A stretch of 15,534 bases of DNA, taken from NCBI GenBank assembly GCA_029068555.1, contig JAIECJ010000147.1:9410-24943 (forward strand), written 5' to 3'. A model generated the notes under the pieces. That model was not told where the DNA came from. It made no database searches and worked only from the letters and a program-made list of their open reading frames with translations. Below, piece by piece: positions 7,902-13,978 of the stretch. Made by a program: the position numbers and the translations under genes. Within the stretch, counting starts at the first letter, position 1; each line of letters opens with the position of its first letter. Source of the DNA: Lachnospiraceae bacterium. GTDB taxonomy: Bacteria; Bacillota; Clostridia; Lachnospirales; Lachnospiraceae.

Positions 7902-10217
7902 ATGAAGAAAACAGGCAAGGGCCTTATAAAATTTGGCATAGCTGTGCTGGCCATTATCGTTATTGTGGCAGTTGCAGTGGCGGCTTCCAAGTCCGGTGGG
8001 AAGGACAGCCTGAATGTCAGTGAGCTTCAAACGGCAGTGAATGCACCTGAGGCTGCACTGAGCGATGGCGCTGTGGATACGTCCAGACAGCTTGACGGAC
8101 ATCATCTGGTGGCGGCAAATGATACCTACGAGCTTTATCTGTATGAACCTGCACTTTCCATTATTGTTAAAAATATAAAGACAGGTGCGGTGATGGAGTC
8201 CACTGTCCGTGACGAGGAGCGTCTTGGAAATGTCAATGAGACATGGAAAGGATTTTTACAGTCGGGAATTGTTGTGGAGCTTCAGGAGGAGACCAACACT
8301 ATGCAGAAGAAGCTGGGACTAGAGGGAAGCGGTGCACAAGTCAATGTTGAACTGATTCCTGGCGGATTCCGTGCAAAGGTAGATTATCCGACGCAGGAGC
8401 TTGGGTTTGAAACCGAGGTGAAGCTCTATGACGACGGAAGTATCACAGCATGTATTCCTGAGCGTTCTATCTATGAGCACGCAGATAACAAAAAGATTGG
8501 TAACATTTATGTGTTTCCGCTTCTTGGAAACTCAAGGCTTGGTGAGAAAGACGGGTACATGTTTGTGCCGGATGGAAACGGCGCACTGATTTATCTGGAC
8601 GACAAGGAAGGACGGTTTGATTCTGGATATGTTCAGAAGGTGTATGGCTCTGACATTGGCGTCGGAGAGTCCTATGTGCTTTCTCTTTTGTGGGGGCGCT
8701 ACGAGACACACAATGATGCGGAGATGATTCTGGCGCCGGTTTACGGCATGGTTCACACAGGAGATGAGATGGGATATCTTGCCGTTATCGAGAGCGGTGA
8801 TGAGGAGGCTTCCATCTATGCGACACCCAACGGTGCATATTCCGATTACAACTGGATTACGGCAGCATTCCGGAAGTGCACGACCTATATCCAGCCGACA
8901 TCTAATTCAGGCGGTTCTGTTACAAAAGTAACTGACAGGATAAAATACGACATTAATGTCAGGTATATGTTTGTCGACGGTGAGGATGCAGACTACACAG
9001 GACTGGCAAAACGCTACAGGGAGTATCTCCTGGAAAAGGATGAGCTGGTCAGGGTGGAGGACAGTTTTAAGGTGCGGCTTGACTTCCTTGGGCTGGATGT
9101 CGAAAACTGGATGCTGTGGAAAAAGGATGTGCCGGTGACGACTGTAGACAATATCAGGGAAATGTATGCAGACTTGGAAAAAGAGGGTGTCACAGATATT
9201 CTTTCTTTGTACAAAGGATGGCAGGATGGCGGCATTTATGACTTGCCTGTGACCACATATGATGTGGCGGGCGGCATAGGCGGCGCAGGTGACTTGTCGA
9301 AGCTCATGGACGAATGTGAGCAGAAAAATATTGATTTTTACCTATTTACAGACGGTGTGCGTGCAAACACCGAGACTGGAAACACAACATTTGACACGGT
9401 TAAGAAGATGGATAAACGTCTCTACACACAGAATACATACCAGAATGTGTATCGTGAGTTTGTGTACTGGACACCGCAGAAAACACTTGAAAATTTAAAC
9501 ACACTTCAGAAGAATCTCGCAAAAAAGGGTGTCAATAAGATCGCATTGTCAGTAATTGGGAATACGCTGTTTACCTACACGATGGGTGATACGATGCAGA
9601 CCCGCGGCGTCTCAAAATACCTGTACGAAGAAGCGCTGAGACAGACAAGTGAGAATATGGATCTAATGCTGGAAGCGCCGGTTGAATGCTATTGGCAGTA
9701 TGCAAAAGCGATTGTGGATATGCCGATTGACGACTCCGATTATATTTACACAGACCAAAGCGTACCGTTTTTGTCGATTGTATTAAAGGGAATCCTTCCG
9801 ATGTATGGCGACTATGTGAATTTTGAGGCAAATGAGAGGGAGTATTTCTTAAAACTGGTGGAGACAGGAATCTATCCATCGTTTTATCTGACATATGAGA
9901 ATCCGTCTGAACTGATTTATACCAATTCAAGCCATGTGTATACTTCACAGTACACAGTGTACCGTGAACAGATACTGCGTTATTACAATGAGCTGCGGCA
10001 GATTAGTGAGCTTACGAAAAACAGTATGATTGATGAACATGAAATAACTGACACAGGTGTCATAATTGTAACCTATGATAATGGTGTAAAGCTGTATATC
10101 AATTATTCTGACGCAGAGCTGAAGGCAGATGACGTGACAGTTCCCGCACTTTCATATGTGGCTCGTGTAAATAATGAATTGACAGGCATAGCAGGAATGG
10201 GGGTGGATGAAGGATGA
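7902..10217 (+). CDS. N-terminally membrane-anchored extracytoplasmic protein, DUF5696-like; putative uncharacterised glycoside-hydrolase-like enzyme
   Basis: The ORF track opens at TTG 7884, which has GAGAGGTGG ~10 nt upstream and would overlap the upstream gene by 11 nt. The first ATG is at 7902 (MKKTGKGLIKFGIAVLAIIVIVAVAVAAS, a signal anchor), so the start is ambiguous between these two. The body shows beta-rich N-terminal and C-terminal parts flanking alternating beta/alpha segments (RLDFLGLD, ILSLYKGWQDGG, IDFYLFTDG, KIALSVIGN, LMLEAPVE, VDMPIDDSDY). The family name is from memory of similar ~800 aa proteins next to sugar ABC genes and needs an HMM check. Confidence 0.65.
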   Translation: MKKTGKGLIKFGIAVLAIIVIVAVAVAASKSGGKDSLNVSELQTAVNAPEAALSDGAVDTSRQLDGHHLVAANDTYELYLYEPALSIIVKNIKTGAVMESTVRDEERLGNVNETWKGFLQSGIVVELQEETNTMQKKLGLEGSGAQVNVELIPGGFRAKVDYPTQELGFETEVKLYDDGSITACIPERSIYEHADNKKIGNIYVFPLLGNSRLGEKDGYMFVPDGNGALIYLDDKEGRFDSGYVQKVYGSDIGVGESYVLSLLWGRYETHNDAEMILAPVYGMVHTGDEMGYLAVIESGDEEASIYATPNGAYSDYNWITAAFRKCTTYIQPTSNSGGSVTKVTDRIKYDINVRYMFVDGEDADYTGLAKRYREYLLEKDELVRVEDSFKVRLDFLGLDVENWMLWKKDVPVTTVDNIREMYADLEKEGVTDILSLYKGWQDGGIYDLPVTTYDVAGGIGGAGDLSKLMDECEQKNIDFYLFTDGVRANTETGNTTFDTVKKMDKRLYTQNTYQNVYREFVYWTPQKTLENLNTLQKNLAKKGVNKIALSVIGNTLFTYTMGDTMQTRGVSKYLYEEALRQTSENMDLMLEAPVECYWQYAKAIVDMPIDDSDYIYTDQSVPFLSIVLKGILPMYGDYVNFEANEREYFLKLVETGIYPSFYLTYENPSELIYTNSSHVYTSQYTVYREQILRYYNELRQISELTKNSMIDEHEITDTGVIIVTYDNGVKLYINYSDAELKADDVTVPALSYVARVNNELTGIAGMGVDEG

Positions 10218-11236
10218 AGGGCAGCAGAAAAATAAAACCCGGACAGCTTGAGCGCCGGGAGAATGCGATTGGTTATCTTTTCATATTGCCATGGCTTATC
10301 GGAATCCTGGTGCTGGTGCTGTGGCCGATGGTGCAGTCCTTTGGGTATTCGCTCAATAAGATAAGGCTCTTGCCGCAGGGTATGGCAAAGCTCTATGTCG
10401 GATTTGAGAATTATAGTCAGATATTCCTAAAGGATCCGGATTTCATTATGGGACTGGAATCGTATCTGCTGGAGACATTGATTGCCGTTCCGGTTATTGT
10501 GGCATTTTCACTGATTATAGCGATGCTGTTGAATCAGAAAATTTCCTGCAGAGGAATTTTTCGAATGGTATTCTTCCTTCCGATTATCATCGCCAGCGGA
10601 CCAGTCATGCAGCAGCTGGCCGACCAGGAGGCGGCGAGCATTCCAATGATGAATGTGACGATGATAGAGCAGCTTTTGGATGAGTATCTTCCGCATGTGC
10701 TGGCAGTGAGTCTCACAAGCGTATTTAGTAATATGATTACGCTGCTATGGTACTCCGGCGTACAGATTTTGATTTTCCTTGCGGCGTTGCAGAAGATTGA
10801 TACTTCGCTTTATGAGGCGGCAAAGATGGATGGCGGTTCCAAGTGGGAATGCTTCTGGAAGATTACACTGCCGACCGTCAAGCCGATGATTCTGCTGAAT
10901 GTTGTCTACACAGTAATCTTTATGTCAAATAATGAGCAGAATGCGTTGATTGTACTGATTTATGACACGATGCTTTCCGCCACGGGCGGTTACGGATATG
11001 CTTCCGCGATGGCATGGCTGTATTCTGTCATCGAGTCGGCAATTGTTATTTTCTTTGCGGTCCTGATTATGGGACGCAAGGACGTGTACGAGAGACGTGC
11101 AAAGAAGTACCAGCGTGAGCTGAGGAAACAAAAACGCCTTGAGAAGAAGATTAGAAAGAGGGGTGAGCGAAATGAGCGAAACTACGCAAAGCAAAAAGAG
11201 AAGCGGCAGCGAAAGCATTCTAAAAAGAGTGCTTAG
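10214..11236 (+). CDS. Carbohydrate ABC transporter permease (MalF-type), importer 2, with an unusual ~48 aa Lys/Arg-rich C-terminal tail
   Basis: 340 aa. The ATG overlaps the upstream TGA (ATGA at 10214-10217), with a GGGGGTGGATGAAGG RBS. N-terminus: 'IGYLFILPWLIGILVLVLWPM'. EAA loop: 'SLYEAAKMDGGSKWECFWKITLPTVKPMI'. Tail: YERRAKKYQRELRKQKRLEKKIRKRGERNERNYAKQKEKRQRKHSKKSA. Confidence 0.9.
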   Translation: MKGSRKIKPGQLERRENAIGYLFILPWLIGILVLVLWPMVQSFGYSLNKIRLLPQGMAKLYVGFENYSQIFLKDPDFIMGLESYLLETLIAVPVIVAFSLIIAMLLNQKISCRGIFRMVFFLPIIIASGPVMQQLADQEAASIPMMNVTMIEQLLDEYLPHVLAVSLTSVFSNMITLLWYSGVQILIFLAALQKIDTSLYEAAKMDGGSKWECFWKITLPTVKPMILLNVVYTVIFMSNNEQNALIVLIYDTMLSATGGYGYASAMAWLYSVIESAIVIFFAVLIMGRKDVYERRAKKYQRELRKQKRLEKKIRKRGERNERNYAKQKEKRQRKHSKKSA

Positions 11237-12197
11237 TTCCGAGGGCAGGGAACAGATAAAGTACAAGGTCAGAAAATTTATATTTGGTTCCAAGGATACA
11301 GAGGGTGCAGGTAAGCTTGCCGTAATCTATCTGCTGCTAATCAGCATTGGGTTTGTCTATCTCTATCCGGTTCTGTATATGATCAGCAAGAGCTTTATGA
11401 ACCTCAATGATTTGCTCGACACCTCGATTAACTGGATTCCAAGCCAGCTGTATCTTGAAAATTACAAACAGGCATTTCAGTCCATGGACTACTGGAAGAC
11501 GTTTCGCGATTCTGTCGTGATTGCGGGATTTCCGACATTGATAAACGTTGTTATTTGCGCCATTGTCGGATATGGATTTGCGCGCTATGAGTTCAAGGGG
11601 AAGAAGCTATGTATCGGACTGCTTCTGTTTTCTTTCATCCTGCCGCCGCAGGCAACAATGATGCCTACCTATGTGTTTTATACAGATATCGGATTAATCA
11701 ATTCGATTATGGCGTTTATCATCCCGGCGCTGCTTGGACAGGGACTGAAATCGCAGATATTTATCCTGATTTTCTTTAACTTTTTCCGTCAGATACCGAA
11801 GGTACTGATAGAGGCGGCAAAGATAGACGGGGCAGGACATTTTAAGATTTTCCGCAAAATTGCGCTGCCCTCCGCGGCTCCCGCGATTCTGGTTGTGTTC
11901 CTGTTCTCAATTGTATGGTACTGGAATGAGTCATATCTGACGCAGCTCTATGTCGTTGGCGCGTTTACAAGCAATGCGGACGCGTATCACTGGAGTTCGC
12001 TGATTGTATCGCTCAAGAATTTTGAAAATAGTTACAATACTGCAAGAAGTGTCGCCGGAAGCGGAATGGTTGACATTAACGAGTCGATTAAGATGGCTGG
12101 GACGATGCTCAGTATATTACCACTGCTGATTATGTATCTGGTACTTCAGAAGCAGTTTGTTGAGAGCGTGGACAGAACCGGAATCACCGGGGAATAA
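11172..12197 (+). CDS. Carbohydrate ABC transporter permease (MalG-type), importer 2
   Basis: The ORF is open from 11139. I prefer ATG 11172 (MSETTQSKKRSGS...), which has a GAGGGGTG RBS ~6 nt upstream. This gives a 65 nt overlap with the upstream gene. An alternative GTG at 11229 has no RBS. EAA loop: 'LIEAAKIDGAGHFKIFRKIALPSAAPAI'; multiple TM spans. Confidence 0.85.
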   Translation: MSETTQSKKRSGSESILKRVLSSEGREQIKYKVRKFIFGSKDTEGAGKLAVIYLLLISIGFVYLYPVLYMISKSFMNLNDLLDTSINWIPSQLYLENYKQAFQSMDYWKTFRDSVVIAGFPTLINVVICAIVGYGFARYEFKGKKLCIGLLLFSFILPPQATMMPTYVFYTDIGLINSIMAFIIPALLGQGLKSQIFILIFFNFFRQIPKVLIEAAKIDGAGHFKIFRKIALPSAAPAILVVFLFSIVWYWNESYLTQLYVVGAFTSNADAYHWSSLIVSLKNFENSYNTARSVAGSGMVDINESIKMAGTMLSILPLLIMYLVLQKQFVESVDRTGITGE

Positions 12198-12213
12198 AAA
12201 CGAACCGTTTTTT
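12196..12213 (+). other. Small hairpin AAAACG-AAC-CGTTTT followed by a T run, between permease and SBP genes (weak attenuator or mRNA-processing/stability element?)
   Basis: A 6 bp stem with a 3 nt loop, then TTTT, starting at the TAA of the permease gene. The stem is short and AT-rich, so it is probably leaky at best. Confidence 0.2.
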
Positions 12214-12258
12214 GGCAAGGTAATTTTTAAATTATATATTAATAAGGAGGAATGAAAC

Positions 12259-13869
12259 ATGAAAAAGAAAATGGTAAGCTTTATGATGACTGCGGCTTTG
12301 GCGGCTGGTCTGCTTAGTGGGTGCGGTGGAGGTTCCGGCTCGGCTCCGGCGACTGACAGCGCCAGCACTGGAACAAATGCAGGTGCGAATACGGATGCAA
12401 ATGCAAGTTCAGGGGATACGGCAGGTGACACGGCTGCGGCTGGGGAGCTTCCGGCGATGACTACGGATGAGATTACACTGACTTATATGCATTTTGACAA
12501 TGAGCAGCTTGTAAACAGGGTGGCGGAAGCATTTATGGATAAGTACCCGAATATCAAAGTGGAAGCACAGGCGTTTTCCACGGACGGATATAATGACACT
12601 CTTCTGAATCTTGTTCAGTCCGGTCAGACGCCTGACTGCTTTATGATTCTGGGTAACTGTGATTTCGCGCTCTCCAATGCGCTGCTTGGCGATATGACAC
12701 CGTACTGGGAGGCTGACCCTGAGAATCAGAATATCCTTCCTTCCATCAACAGTGCGAGGCTTGGTTATTATGGAACAGACAAGAAGCTTGCGACACCGAT
12801 TAAGTTTTTTCCGGATGCAATTTACTGTGATTTGAATGTGTTTGAGACCTTGAATATTGAAGCGCCATCTACAAACTGGACATGGGACGAGATGATCAAT
12901 ACGTTTAAGGCTGCGACCAATACGGACGCAGGAACCTATGGGTTTAACCAGTTCCACTCCGTTGTCACATATTATCCGATTTCCAACGGCAACAATCTGA
13001 TAGGAGAGTTTGGATGGGATGGCAAGGCATATCATATGGATCAGTGGGCAGCAGGTGTAAACCAGTGGGCGGAGCTTGTAAATGGAAAGTATCATGCACC
13101 GTATGGCGATACAGACGAGATGGAGGCATGGACAGGTGACAGAACGATGTGGGCGGCATACACAGGAAAACTTGGTTTCCAGATTGACGCGTGGTGGACT
13201 TATCTGAACCTGTTTGATACGCCGGACTATAGAAACCGCGGTATGGAATGGGTTCCTTACACAACACCGGCAAGCCAGAGCGGATATGTATTTGGCGTGC
13301 TTGACTTCGGCGGTATTTCTTCTTCTACAAAACATCCAAGAGAGGCGTATGAGCTTTTAAAGTGGATGGGCTGGGGCGCTGAAGGCTGGCAGACAAAGCT
13401 TGATGCTTATCAGGATGTCGAGACTTATGCGGATCTTCCGCTCTACAGACAGTCAATGCCTTGTCCGATTACGACAGATGCGGATATCTGGAAAGAGTTC
13501 CAGGAGTCCTTCTATCCGACAGCAGCCACAAGAACATTCCAGGCAGTAAATGACCCGGTAAACGGTGAAGCGCTTGTTACGGCAGACGAGGACACGAAGT
13601 ACGGCAAGTATTTTGATGATTTCTTCGCAAACTGCAAGAATCCGATACCATTTGGCGACTGTCAGATTCCGGGATTTGCTGACTTCCTTGATACATCTTA
13701 TCGTGCAGTGGGCGATACGCTGGGCGTGGAAGATCAGGTTCGCTTAGAGGGCAAAAATGCAAGTGACTTTGCGGCAGAGCTTGAACAGAAAGCTTACGAT
13801 GCAAATCAGGCAGCTTTGGCAGCAGCCAAGGAAGCATATCAGATGATTGGTATTGAACTGAATTATTAA
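12259..13869 (+). CDS. Lipoprotein extracellular solute-binding protein (family 1, large LplA-like sugar SBP), importer 2
   Basis: 536 aa with an AAGGAGG RBS at 12244-12250. Signal peptide with a canonical lipobox: MKKKMVSFMMTAALAAGLLSG/C. This is followed by a ~45 aa Gly/Ser/Thr/Ala/Asp low-complexity tether, then an SBP-like body (ITLTYMHFDNEQ...YPNIKVE...EAYELLKWMGWG). Confidence 0.85.
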   Translation: MKKKMVSFMMTAALAAGLLSGCGGGSGSAPATDSASTGTNAGANTDANASSGDTAGDTAAAGELPAMTTDEITLTYMHFDNEQLVNRVAEAFMDKYPNIKVEAQAFSTDGYNDTLLNLVQSGQTPDCFMILGNCDFALSNALLGDMTPYWEADPENQNILPSINSARLGYYGTDKKLATPIKFFPDAIYCDLNVFETLNIEAPSTNWTWDEMINTFKAATNTDAGTYGFNQFHSVVTYYPISNGNNLIGEFGWDGKAYHMDQWAAGVNQWAELVNGKYHAPYGDTDEMEAWTGDRTMWAAYTGKLGFQIDAWWTYLNLFDTPDYRNRGMEWVPYTTPASQSGYVFGVLDFGGISSSTKHPREAYELLKWMGWGAEGWQTKLDAYQDVETYADLPLYRQSMPCPITTDADIWKEFQESFYPTAATRTFQAVNDPVNGEALVTADEDTKYGKYFDDFFANCKNPIPFGDCQIPGFADFLDTSYRAVGDTLGVEDQVRLEGKNASDFAAELEQKAYDANQAALAAAKEAYQMIGIELNY

Positions 13870-13916
13870 TATGTGCATAATATAACAAAGCATTTTACCG
13901 GATAATAAAATAATGA

Positions 13917-13952
13917 AAAGGAGGGCATTATTTGAAATGCTCTCCTTTTTTC
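13917..13952 (+). terminator. Rho-independent terminator ending the eight-gene operon
   Basis: AAAGGAGGGCAT (13917-13928), loop TATTTGAA, then ATGCTCTCCTTT (13937-13948). This is a 12 bp stem with one G-U pair, followed by TTTT. It lies 48 nt after the SBP stop codon. Confidence 0.75.
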
Positions 13953-13978
13953 AAAACATCCATGCAGGAGGAATCAAC

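Noticed and set aside
12212-12240. TTGGCA-17-TATATT as an internal promoter for the SBP gene
   Set aside because: The predicted transcription start would fall within or after the AAGGAGG RBS (12244-12250), leaving no functional leader. It is kept only as a low-interest note.
12409-13335. 308 aa minus-strand ORF antisense to the lipoprotein SBP gene
   Set aside because: The Cys/Arg-rich nonsense-like sequence is embedded entirely in a well-supported plus-strand gene. It has no RBS or promoter context, which is typical of an antisense open frame.
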